Positions 37,754-50,474 of a stretch of 64,000 bases of DNA are shown here, piece after piece; the stretch's first letter is position 1; every line of letters begins with the position of its first letter. The notes beneath the pieces were generated by a model. The model had not been told where the DNA came from. It saw only the letters and a list, made by a program, of their open reading frames with translations, and did no database searches. The DNA comes from Octopus sinensis. Its lineage: Eukaryota. The stretch covers positions 7,998,001-8,062,000 of the forward strand of contig NC_042997.1 of assembly GCF_006345805.1 (NCBI RefSeq). The letters run 5' to 3'. The translations under genes and the position numbers were made by a program.

Positions 37754-40700
37754 GTATGTATGTATGTATGTATGTATGTATGTATGTATGTATGTATGTA
37801 TGTATGTATGTATGTATGTATGCATGCATGTATGTATGTATGCATGTATGTATGAATGTATCCATATATATATGTATCCATGTATGTATGTACGTATGTA
37901 TGTATGCATGCAGGTATGCATTTATGTATGTGTATGTATGTGGATGTACATACATGATATAAATGATTAGAAATATCCTATATAAATTTTGCTAGCAGTA
38001 TATACAATTTATATTGTTTTCGCAGCGTTTTCTGAGCCACAGCCAAAGTAAGGGCAATATGAATTGTTTTACGGTATTAAGCAGTGTTTGTGTATCGGTT
38101 ATGGCATGTTATTGGCGTTATATGACAGAGACACGTATCCTGTTATTTAGAATGTATATTGTGTCATGTTGTTTAGTGGATGGCTACTCCGTCGACAGTT
38201 TTCTTTGGGGATATCATCGAGTAGATATGTGCTTAAAATCAGTCGCTTTTCACTCCTGTTATTTCTTGAAATATGTGCCTTGTATATGTCTAGGAGGCTT
38301 TTCTTTAGCCTTTCTATGATTTGTAAGTTTTAACCCTAAATTTATTTTATTTCAATTAAAATTTATAATTGCGGACGCATCGGACAAATTGCTTAACGGC
38401 ATTCTTTCGGTCTACTTATTTCCAATATTATAATAGTACCGTAAAGTGTTAATTGTACACACGAACTAAAAGAAAATATAGACATTTTCACCACACTGAG
38501 AGAAAAATCTTGGAAACACAATTGCATGCATGCGCGTACCTTTACGAATGTAAACACTAATAGGGAAATATTTCTCGTTGAAGTGAAATATCTGTTTACA
38601 TGGAACATTTTTCTGAATGACCGAAATCTAGGTAGGATTATGTACAGCGAACTGGGACCAGCTTTCTACAGACGGATGGGAAAAGAGAAAACAGCTTATG
38701 TCTGCTTTGTGGAGACAGCCATATATATAGCGAAAAGAGGGAAAATCAATGTTACGTGAAAGTACGTTCTTAACACTGCCTGGTGCGACATATCTGCCCT
38801 TAGGTTAGTTCCATAGTCATTACAAAGAAGAAACAAAATGGTCAAGGTTAAATACCTCAGGAACGGTATCTATCCCTAGTTAATAGATATCTTCGTGGCA
38901 CGATAAGGTCAGTGATAATGTAACGTTTGGTACTGTGCGGTTTTGTGTGATCCTTATGGACATACTTGACCTCGTGATTCTTGCAACATCAACAAAGATA
39001 GAAGACTCGGGTGCTAAAATTCTAGCAGAAACAAATCATGAAGATTATTAATCCGAGGAAGACAATAAGGATGAATTTATTAAATTTCTTCATTTGAATT
39101 CAGATATACTAGGAAAACAAGCGTTTTCCTTTTCGCCAGGAAAATATTTTCCTCGATAGTGCGACGAAATAAAAACATGCAAACTGGAAGGAAATAGAGG
39201 ATCTCAATGGAAATAATAGAAACAGAAGCAGATTTACTATAAATGTCATTCAGAAAAGCATGTAATTAAGCGTAATATAAACTTATTTTGATATGTTTAA
39301 AAGTTCTTTTTACTGCATGAAACTACTTCGTCTTAATGTATGTAGATTACGAAACTTTAAGTCAGTATATAGGCCGATTCTCCTTTTTTTAGTATACAGA
39401 AATGTTAACGTTTAAGTATTTGTTAATATAGAACAATTATGAAATTGAAAACCAAAATACATGGATGAAAACATTTCTTATAATGTGTACAAATTATCCA
39501 CGGCCTCATAATATTTACTACCTTCGTTATGCATGTGGTAATTTTGCTTAAGACTTTTCTCTTAAAAGTTTCGTTAATACTGTGTATAAAATTACATAAA
39601 ATACTTGCTTTAAATTCTAACATTTACCACAGATAATACTAAAATGTTCAGGCATACTTAAACATGGCTGGAGCTAATATGTGGTTATTCTACCCGCTAG
39701 AAATAGCTACCAAATTTATTCACTATAATCCACAAAAATGCATTATGATGATTGAGCACATCTTTATTAGAGCCTTTGTTAATGCAGAAGTCATTTAATT
39801 AAATGATAATATATAACAATGTGAATACTAAATTTATAGAATATGAAATAAAATATTTTAAAAATAAATGACACTGATACTCAATAATTTTCCCAATTAA
39901 TAAGCACCAAATATTGCATACCTTTTTCAGTCAATGAAAGTGTATATAAATTTAATAACTTTTTAATTATTTGAAACACTTAATGTATTTAAAATGAATA
40001 TATTTCATCAGTAAAGATAGCATTTTAAAAGGAAAAAAAACAGTTTAAATTGAGAAACAAATTAAAATTAAGATTCTGCAAGGTTGCTGTTATTAAAGCA
40101 ATTGTTAACCTACTCGTGACTATTAAGTATGGCACCTGTTGAGAAATTAAAAATCATACATAATGTACTTCTTATCAGCTATCAATTACTTTACAAAACT
40201 GTTAAAGAAAAATTAGTACGTTTGTGGCCAAGGACTTAGCAAAATCTACTCTTAACTGTTCAGTGATTTAAGTTGCGTTATCATGAAATATAGATTGGAA
40301 ACGCAGCTAAGAACCAGTGCCGTTCCCCAACAGAAATTGTACAGCGTAAGCGCTAGTCCAGATGACCTTCATATTCGTCATTTTCGTTGGAACTAATCTC
40401 CACGTCGATATTACCTCACTTGAAACAAAATGTTAATGTTCTTTCCAAGTGAATCATGATGATGCTAAATCTGACTGTAGCTGATATTTTAGTCAGTATA
40501 TCCGTTTGAAGGACAAATATCAATCTTACAGAATAACTTATTATTGAACTTTCTTCAGTGCAAACCGCTAGAACATATGCAAATAAATAACAATGTAATA
40601 TCACATAATGTGTTTAAAATGTCTTTTTTGGAATGTATATATATTAGTACTCATCGTTGCCCAAAGCTACAAGCAATCTTGAAACATAATACCTACTGGA

Positions 40701-40754
40701 CGTAATTCTGATAAAGTGAGAAAAGTAGCCTCTTATTAGAAAGGAAAACACTAG

Positions 40755-41035
40755 AGAAAGAGAGTGAGAGAGAGACTGAGAAAAAGAGAGAGAGATAAAG
40801 ATAGAGAGAAATGAAAGAGAGAAAGAAATAAAGAAAGAAAGAAAGAAAGAAAGAAATAAAGAAAGAAAGAAAGAAAGGAGGAAAGAAAGAAATAGAGAAA
40901 AAAGAAGGAAATAGAGTAAGAAAGAGAAAAAGAAGGAAATAGAGTAAGAAAGAGAAAAAGAAGGGAAGAAGCAAATGAAAGAAAATGAGTATGAAAGAAA
41001 GAGAGATTTAAAAAAAAAAAGAATGTAAAGAAAGA
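40755..41035. repeat. (GAAA)n/(GA)n purine-rich low-complexity tract with a 28-bp internal duplication
   Basis: Direct reading. AAAAAGAAGGAAATAGAGTAAGAAAGAG occurs twice near 40898-40955. Confidence 0.9.
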
Positions 41036-43269
41036 ATATCCAGTCAATAACGCTATTATTTCTGAAAACGTTCATGACGCAAAACTGACAAACAATTCCA
41101 TAAAATGAATAGCTTTTAGGTGATAGGTGTTAGGAGAAATGTACGAAAATGAGGAATGAAATATGACTGATTGTTTGTTACTACGCTTCTGATTTATGAG
41201 CCAGGCATTTTACAAGATTTCGGAAGTGACATCTATTGTGACATTACTCTTGTGAGGGAAATGATACCTGTATGCACTCGTTTTTCACGTTCCTTTCCTT
41301 TAAATTCTCTGTAAATGCATTGTCAGCGATAACCCCTATTTTTTTACTAACTCACAAAAATCTCAATTCCCAGGGTATTTCCAAGTAAGCATCTCTTGAA
41401 TCATACCTACGAAAATGTCACTGTATTTATTGCGCATTGCAGAATCTGGCAGCTACATAATCACGTTTACTTGCTTAGATTTCCAGTCCATAATAAAAGG
41501 AATAATATATTTTCAGGTTATTTTGAGGTCAGCCCTGTATGTTAAAATGTAAGCTCTGAGAAAGTGAGCCAGATTCTGCATAGACGTACGTACTACGCTT
41601 AGCAGTCAGCAGTCAAACGACCCACAAATCACAACACACCGTCTCCAAAATGCAGATCCATATTAAATAACATAAGAGTAATCTAGGCTTTGAACAACAG
41701 CATCAGCATCATGTAATAGCTGAGTATTTAGAGTCAACAACATGCAAATTAACTTCAGTGCGTTGTTAATGCATGTGTGAAACAATGAGTGCCAAACCTT
41801 TCTGTGTCAAAGCATAATTCAGATTAACAAATGTTAAAATGCTTATCTATATTACATATAGAAGAGGGAAGACGACATTGATTGAATGCCAATACTTCTA
41901 AGAGAATAGCACAGCCAACTTAACTGAGTTACATATTACACAGAACCTTATTAAAATTTTTTCTGCGAACAACTCGAAGAAGTTTTGAACACGGTCTGTA
42001 AAAGAGACAAAATTAAATATATCGTTTAGTAACAGTAATATCAGTCACCGCCCAAGAGGCTTAAATCCTGTCCCAAATTGCTGGCCTTGTCCCAATTTTG
42101 AGACATTGTTATTATCGTCGTTGTTTTTGTTACTGCTTTAATTTTGATCGAGAAGACCATGGTAAACCCATAAACTGAAAATATTTTTTTCTCACGCCGC
42201 TCCATCTAATATCTTTCTATAAAATATGATTCAAAATAGATTTGGCTACTATCTTTTGCAGGTCGCCCTATCACATTAAGATCTCACAAATAGCACATTT
42301 CGAGGCGGTTAATATTTTACGCCGATACACTGGTACCCATAGTCTATGAGAGATAACATTTATATTATAATATTCGTAAGACATTTTACATATAGATAAA
42401 TATTTTATATAAAATATGATACATATGTTCTTCTAGGCATTTTGTCTGTTGCTGGTTATGAAATCAGGACCACGCTGGAGCATCCCCTTCAAGGATTTCG
42501 CCGAACGTATTGACTTTTGTTTTCTTTCAGTTGGAACCGCATTTTAACAATAGATAGTTTAGTTGAAACATTATGGTACGGAACGTAAACAATACGGGAT
42601 TTAGGTAGAAAATTTGAAGCACGCATAAAGTCTGAAGCACGAGCGTGCGCACACATATATATATGTATAATGGGAATATGTTATGTTGCGTGTGTAGTTT
42701 CTCTGGGTTTTTTTCTTTTGCTGTTCGAAAAAAGTTCGTTTCAATGTCTTTATTTTATGTTTTCGCTTCTCATTGTGTTCAAAGTTTTTTGATATCCTGT
42801 ACCCATATATGCATGTATATATACATATATATGTAAGTATGTACATATATGTATGTATATATGAATATATTTATATATTATTTATATTATAATATGATCG
42901 AACGCCACGCATCCTTTTCCAAGTAAGTTTTATCTTAATAATTACGATGAACATTCTTCTGTCTTTACTAATTCTTCTCTGTCTATCTCTCTCCCTCTCT
43001 TGTTCTTCATCCTTTCTGGTTTCCTTTCCCACCTTTCCCTATTCTTCTCCTCTCCTCTTCACCGTTCATTTTATCTCACTCCTCCTCCTCCTCCTCCTCG
43101 AATCTCTCGTCGCTGACACCTTACGAAGGATAATCTATCTTTCTGCTCATTACCTTCCTAGAGAAAACACGTGCTTATACTGTCTCCTCTCATAAGCTTG
43201 TCTTCTCAGCGTTTATAATAATGATTCTATCGTCTTGGCTAAACTGCCCTCACTGTTTGTTTTTAGCAT

Positions 43270-43570
43270 TTTGTTCTCATTGTTCTGTTCCTGTTACCAC
43301 TTAACCCTCCGCAAAAAAATCCCAAATTTTATTTAATTTGCTTTGCGGGAAGGACTGTTTCAACGAAGGTGCATATTGTCTTTATTCGAACGTGGAGTAG
43401 ATGAAACAGGGACAACTGCAGAAGGGGAATATTCTTTATGCTGCATGTCTTGTTTCTCTGTTTGTTCTTTTCGTTTTTCGGAAAAAAAATTTCGTTTCTA
43501 TGTTTTTGTTTTTATGTTTTTTTTCTCATTGTGTTCAACGCTTTTTTTTATGTCCTGTACCCATATATGA
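43270..43570 (+). mobile_element. Interspersed tail element 'family X', copy 2 (partial third copy at 42670-42810)
   Basis: Homologous to the reverse complement of 31688-31990. It is preceded by a pyrimidine-rich stretch (42950-43270) like the PLE UTR at 27.2-27.5 kb. Confidence 0.7.
43370..43430 (+). ncRNA. Permuted hammerhead-like motif, decayed core, intact covarying helix I
   Basis: GCAU-A-UUGUCUUU-AUUC-GAA-CGUGG-AGUAGAUGAAAC-AGGGACAA-CUGCAGA-A-GGGG. Helix I 43376-43383/43408-43415 pairs fully. The core has A6C and lacks one A of GAAA. Confidence 0.55.
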
Positions 43571-43702
43571 ACGTATATATACATATATATATGTAGGTAT
43601 GTACATATATGTATACATACATACATATATATATATATACATATTATTTATATTTTATATATATATGTGTGTGTGTGTGTGTGTGCGTGTGTGTGTGTGT
43701 GT

Positions 43703-44040
43703 GAAGGCGCATGGCTCTGTGGTTAGAGCGTCGAGCTTACGATCATGAGGTTGTGAGTTCGATTCCCGGACAGGGCTGCCTGTTGTGTTCTTGAGCAAGA
43801 CACTTTATTTCAAGTTGCTCCATTTAACTCAGCTGTAGAAATGAGTTGCGACATCACTGGTGCCAAGCTGTATCGGCCTTTTCTTTTCCCTTGGATAACA
43901 ACAGGGGTGTGGAGAGGGGAGGTTGGTATGCATGGACAACTGCTGGACTTCCATAAACAAACTTGCCCGGACTTATACCTCCGAGGATAACTTTCTAGCT
44001 GCAATCCCATGGTCATTAATGACCGAAGACGGTCTCCCCC
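43703..44040 (+). mobile_element. Near full-length tRNA-derived SINE
   Basis: Pol III A-box-like TGGCTCTGTGG and B-box GTTCGATTCCC, then TTCTTGAGCAAGACACT (conserved SINE core). It is flanked by TG and TA tracts. Confidence 0.85.
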
Positions 44041-46154
44041 ATATATATATATATAGGATTCATATGACAGGATTCATATAATTTCATTCTACTTAATTCC
44101 ATTCACTGTATTAGAAAACTTACGACTAACAGAAATCATATGCCAAAGATGCTATGCAATAGGACGTGCCCAAGACCAGTGGTTACAAACCAAATTTTAA
44201 TTTGACATCTATGTCCACACTCTTCTTTATAATCCACAGTTCACGGGGAAAATAACTATGCATCGTACCCCAGGACTGTGTGTTCAAATCTATCAATTAG
44301 AAACTTTTACAAATAAGAAAATGTTTTACAACATACTGAGATTTGTTAAAGCTTCAACCATTTAGTTGTAGAGTTGAATAACGTTATCACGTTATTTCGA
44401 TAGTTCATATTGCTTACTTCTTGATCTAAAGTACCTAAAAGTATCAGATAACTCTCTCAAGACTGAAGTTACGAGCATATAACTTATTTTTGCATATGAC
44501 CGCACCTGAAAAAATTAACTTGTGAACTCTTGTGTCATCTCAAGAATTTAATACTTTTTCAGACAAATTACAATTTCAAAAGAAATGTATTTCATGATTT
44601 AATTCCATTCGCCTAATAGTTTTCAAAATAATTATGAGGTTTCCATGGTTACTGCTCTTAATTCAAGTACTGGTCTTAATTCGCTTCAATTTATGCCTCT
44701 CCTACTGCAAATAAAATTATTACAGAATATGACATAAAGAAATAAAATTTCAACTATTCAAGTAGAAAGGTTGTAAATACACGAAATAGCAGTGGGGATC
44801 ATACCATCATCGAATATTCGTGTCACCTTCTGATTGCTCAGTATCAGAATAAATATGCTTTGGGTAACTGAAGCAACTATATACTTTCCCTCTCATAAAT
44901 TCAGTCAATTTTATTAACCAGCAGGTCTTGTATTGCAGAATTCACTATACAAATTACCTTTATTCCAATAACAGATGGTAAACATTCTAATCTACAAACT
45001 CAGATACTTTTTAAAAGCAGTCAAAGTAACTAGCCATATCTTAGTAATAGGACAGCGATAAATTTTGTTTCCATACAAATTAAGATACAAACTTGAAGCA
45101 TACTTTTATAGAAGTGTTTAACTTTAGGGAATTTGTACTCATAGTGGTGCTATAGTGAAATTAAATTAAGATATTCCTATCATTTTGGGGATATCGCAGG
45201 AAAGATATTGAAACATTTTCTTCGTGGTTTGTAACTATAGGACAAAGAAAAAACTTTGTTCTACACAAACAAACTTTTCTTAAATATATAATATTTCTTT
45301 GTCTCAAAACAGTGTTAATCTCTGCTAGGTGGTCTGAGTAAACAATAGTTCAATTGTTTTGTCTTTTGATTTATTGTGACATGAGGAGCGAAATACGAAC
45401 TGTCAGTTTATCAGACTACAAGTTTAAGCCTTATCAGCCGTATCCTTCTCTAGCCAGTAAGAAGCAAGCAAAATCGTCATATAATGTGAATATATTTTAT
45501 TAAATAAATGAACGCAACTACTTTCTATAGTTCGGTATCTAACATTCTGTTTTTATTACAAACATTTCCTGTTGTTTTCTTTATTCTTCTCCCATGTGTC
45601 TTTTAATCTCAGCCAAGTTCTAGGCATTTCCCTTAGGTTCACATCATATATCCGCTAAACCATTCTGGCATAATTCCATTCGAAGTATGACAGTCCGAAC
45701 AGAAACTGGCAGTGATCGAAAGAAAATTATATGGTTCTTATACGATAAAAAAATGTCCTTTTGATCTGGTTTAATGGAAGTTATATTGATGATTGCAAAA
45801 GTAAAGAATACAAATCTAGATTAGTTGCTGCTTTTCTTTTGACAACTAATTCAATTACTTTCGTTATGACAGAAGTCTAAAGAATGGTTTGGTAATTTGA
45901 TGGATGCTCTTACTAATAAATAAATACACAAATAAATAAAAATGCGTTTCTTACTTACAATGCGATTTTACTTTTGTTTGTTCATTTTTTGACTGGGAAC
46001 GGGCTTGTAAAGTAGATTGAGTATACTCAATTGGCAAATACTATACAAATGCTATTCACTTATTTGTGAGATAGTATGATTTGATCTTAGGGACTTGAGG
46101 TATCCATATAAAGGCTTTTGATTTTTATTTAGGCAGTAGACCTCCAACATTAAT

Positions 46155-46345
46155 GCTGGCAGAATCGGACAAAATGCTTAGCAGCATTTCTTTTGTCTTT
46201 ATGTTCTGAGTTCAAATTCTGCCAAAGTCGACTTTGCCTTTCTCCTTTCAGGGTCTATAAAGTACGTACCAGTTGTGTACAGGAATCGAAGTAATAGACA
46301 TTAGCTCTCCCTCAAAATAGATGGGAATATGCTAAAATTTGAAGC
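46155..46345 (+). mobile_element. CORE-like SINE
   Basis: GCTGGCAGAATCG..AAATGCTTAGC..GTTCTGAGTTCAAATTC..GTCGACTTTGCCTTT..GTACCAGTTG. The same family occurs at 46368-46530, 53215-53390 and 53415-53630. Confidence 0.8.
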
Positions 46346-46367
46346 AATTATTTATCCCTAGATAAAA

Positions 46368-46530
46368 GCAGCGGAGTAGCAGAATCGTTATCACGCCGGT
46401 CAAAATGCTTCGCGGCATTTCGTCCGTCTTTATGTTGTGAGTTCAAATTTTTCCTCATTTCTGAGTTGATTAAATGAGTACTAGTTGCCTCCCCCGCCCC
46501 TGCCTAAATATCAGCCCTAGTGCTTATAAT
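46368..46530 (+). mobile_element. CORE-like SINE (internally deleted), in tandem with the previous copy
   Basis: GCAGAATCGTTATCACGCCGGTCAAAATGCTTCGCGGCATTTCGTCCGTCTTTATGTTGTGAGTTCAAATT. Confidence 0.8.
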
Positions 46531-48513
46531 AGAATGTATTATTTGGTCCTTGATCACTGCGATCAACAGCATTCTATTCCGACCAATCCATCGTTCTTTT
46601 TCTCTCAAACAGTATATTCAGCATTACATTATCCTATGTAATTTCCATTCTGAAGATACTATCATGTGTTTGACGATTATACACATACACACACTCACAC
46701 ACAAACACATACACGTACACACACACACACACATATACATACAGCTACTGTTGAGTGTAGGTAGTGCCATGAGGTTCGTGCTCTGCTTTAAGTGACTACT
46801 TTCGTTTCGGACCAAATTTGTGTTGGATTGAAGGAATTTGCTTCAATTATGATTGGAAACTTATTCAAAAACTTCAAATAGCCGTTTTGTCTCTTCCAAT
46901 ATTTTGGAGATTTTGCTTGTTAAAGACCGATAATTTCGGCGCACAAACTATCGATATACAATCGCTGATATTCCTTATCCTTTCTCTCTATATTATCACT
47001 TTCTAACCGATCAAATACATCTATGAAAGAGCAGTTTTGAATGCAGAACTTAGAAATGTAGCTAAATTCCATGCCGAAGGCATTCTTGCTGGTTAGTTAT
47101 TTCCCGCTTAAATATGGGCCACGCCAGTAGAAAATGCGCTTGGCTTAAATAAAATATCAGCCTATAATCCAGTTTATTAATGCCAGTGCAAGCGTTGTAA
47201 ATACGGAAAAAAAATCTAATTCAATGGAATTGTTAGGCATCTTACATGTGTAAGATAAGACTGACTGCTCAAGAGATACGTCATCTGCTGGCATAAAACT
47301 GGTTGAGAGAAGAATGAATGTTTGATCCGTTCACTGCATATCACTAATGTTTAATGTAGGAGTTAGTGGGGCAAAATTAGTAATTGCTGTTCCTTATTGT
47401 TACTTTGTTTTTTTGTGTTTGAATCAATTACTTTGCGTGTATTACATGTAATCTTTTACTGTTGCATCATTTTTGACATTAAATTTGGAAATCATAGTTG
47501 TTGCTAAAGTTCAAAAAGTTCGGAACATATGTGACAGGTACTCATTTTTCAAGCTACTTTTGTAATCGAAGTTGCTAAATTATCTGGATAATTTTTGGTT
47601 TCTAACAATCGATATTCATTTCTCTGTTGGATTCCGCGCCAACATTTTTTCACTCTAACGTTTAATTTTAATAAATTTCGATTATCGAATATTGGTATTT
47701 TTGGGGCAAAATGAGCAATGACTAATTCTAGCAATTTCCTGTTTTTTAACGATATGATATAGATACATAAATCTATCAGGAAAGGCAGCAGTTCAGTAGA
47801 TTGCAGAGGTGCCATACAGAATGTTTTATGCTGACGTTTTAGATTTTGTCGAATTTCGTTAATTTCATGTGGGCCACATTTTGATCATCCTCTTTCACTT
47901 CACAATGTTTTTTTCCTTATTTCCTCTTCTTTCTCACGTCTAAAGATGGCTATTGATGAGTGTGAGTCTTATCTGAACAATAATTCTGAAGAATTGAATA
48001 GAAAAATTAACATTGATTGTCGTACTCATGTTGCCTCACCAAAATTTTGGAGCTGGAAGAGAACGGAGATAATTTTCTGAAATACTGTTTTGAATATGTT
48101 TTCGAGTTTTTAATGCATTTAGCGAACGTCATTTACATAACCGATGTAGTCTTAGGAATGTGGGGAATTTTTGTTAAAATTATTTTTCTCAAATTCAAAA
48201 TATTACTCATTGTGCGCCACCCATATCAAACTTAGATATGAATGAATTATGAAAAAATTTGGACACTCAGATTTTTACATCGACCCGCTTTATTCTCTCC
48301 TCATTATGTTTCTTTATTACTTCTTCATTATTACATTTTTGAGACGAAATGGTATGAAATGTGCATTGACAGTGAACTGAAACTTTATTACGGTTAATGC
48401 GGGTAATATGATGTATTCCCTGCTTAATTATCTTAATATACTACACCTCCGTAGATGTATTATGTGTCTAATATACATCCATTTATATGTATGTATGTAC
48501 ATGTATATATATA

Positions 48514-48591
<78 letters not shown>

Positions 48592-49584
48592 CGTATTTGT
48601 GTGTGAGGAGACAGAAACTGAGAAAGAAAGACAGAGAGAATATATATGTGTGTGTAACAATATATATGCAAATATATCTATATAAAGATTTCGTTGTATG
48701 AAAATTTCATAAAATTCGGTCAAGTTCTTAACGGTGAGAAAACATCTGCATATTTATTTTCTATAACTGAAAGGTCCACTGAATATGTTATCGTTGCCGA
48801 GTTAATCTGGTTTTATTGATGTTGAGGATGCCAAAGACGATCATGAACATTGCTATGGTTGTGATGAGTTTGACTATGATGGTCATGACAATGATGAAGT
48901 TACAACAAATCTATTCTTGCAAATACAATTTAATCAATATCATCATTATCAGTATCAGCAACACTAACTAACTAACAAATGATCAACGCAAAATAAATCT
49001 CACACTAAAACAATTTAATGATTTGATACTTTTGGTGTAAAGAAATGTCCCTAGGTCAGTATTGAATTGGACATTAAATTAAATGATGGAATTTGTTCCA
49101 GAATAACTAATGAAATGTCTAGAACTTCATTCAGCTTCCATACTACTACATAAAAACCCTTTGGATCAATATAAATCAATCTACAATAGGGTTGGAATTG
49201 GCAAGGAAAAGTGTAAGTTGACATTACACCAATACGTTATACAGATATCTAAAAGATGTTTTCGACTATGGCAACTATTCCGATGTGTATGTCTGTATAT
49301 ATATGACTCCACTTTGGAGACGTTCTTACACATGTTCTGAATTGCAACGGAGTTGCTTTTCTTAATTAAGCATAACCCATGATATTCATATATTAGTGTG
49401 AACACAATCGATTGCACCAGAATAGCTGGGAAACTGATGTTGTATTACAACCTTCGTCTACTACTTAATAAATTTTATTTTACTATTTCATTTGCTACTA
49501 ATATCTGCAAACCCTAAGTCTATTTTTATAATCTCTGGTGAAATTTTCCATCACCCCTTACTATATATATGTATATACATACAT

Positions 49585-49750
49585 ATATATGACGGCATCT
49601 TTCACTTCTGTCTCCCGAGTCCACTCACAAAATTTCGGCAGACCTGCGGCTGTAGCAGAATACTTTTGCCAAAGCTGCCCGGCAGTGGGACTGAAACTGG
49701 AATCAAAGTATTGGGGCCCAAGCTTCATGCCACACAATGACATCTGCACC
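49585..49750 (-). mobile_element. tRNA-derived SINE 5' half (degraded)
   Basis: Minus strand GGTGCAGATGTCATTGTGTGG..AAGCTT..GTTTCAGTCCCACTGC..TTGTGAGTGGA..GACAGAAGTGAAAGATGCCGTC, running into a TA tract. A 3'-half-like fragment lies at 51255-51425(+). Confidence 0.6.
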
Positions 49751-49772
49751 ACTCTCATTCTTTCTCTCACCT

Positions 49773-49838
<66 letters not shown>

Positions 49839-50395
49839 GTGTGTTTGAATATATATACGTATAAACATATATATATATATATATACATATATATACATAT
49901 ATACACATAGCAGGTTGGGTCGAATTAACATGTAAACAGGACCCTTAGTCGAATAAATATACTGGGTACTAGAGAACATCCATTGAAATTTTCAGGTCAT
50001 GAATACGGGTAATTTAAGCCTTACGAATATTCAACGCTTAAGGGCTGATCCGAAGCGCACGTTGCATTGTTCGTAGGGTTTTAGGTATATTCCAGGATGT
50101 TCGATGGGTCGGGAATTTCTTTTGGTGTATTATAAGCAAATAGATATATAATAAAGAATGGATAAATGTGAGTTCCTTACAACCCTTTCTAAAACAATGC
50201 GTTAGAAACAACTGTAATGAGCTGACATTTATCCATCGTTTGTTATATATTTATTTGTCTACACACACACATATACACTGGCATATCTATATGTATACAT
50301 ACATGTATATGCACATACACGCATATATATAATTATATATGTATGTATATATATCTGTGTATATATATGTATGTGTATATATATATATATACATA

Positions 50396-50426
<31 letters not shown>

Positions 50427-50443
50427 CACCACACACACACACA

Positions 50444-50474
<31 letters not shown>

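Noticed and set aside
38620-38760. Frame with ..ENSLCLLCGD.., vaguely like a hAT/SPIN zinc finger
   Set aside because: The H..H ligands are missing and no further transposase sequence is nearby.
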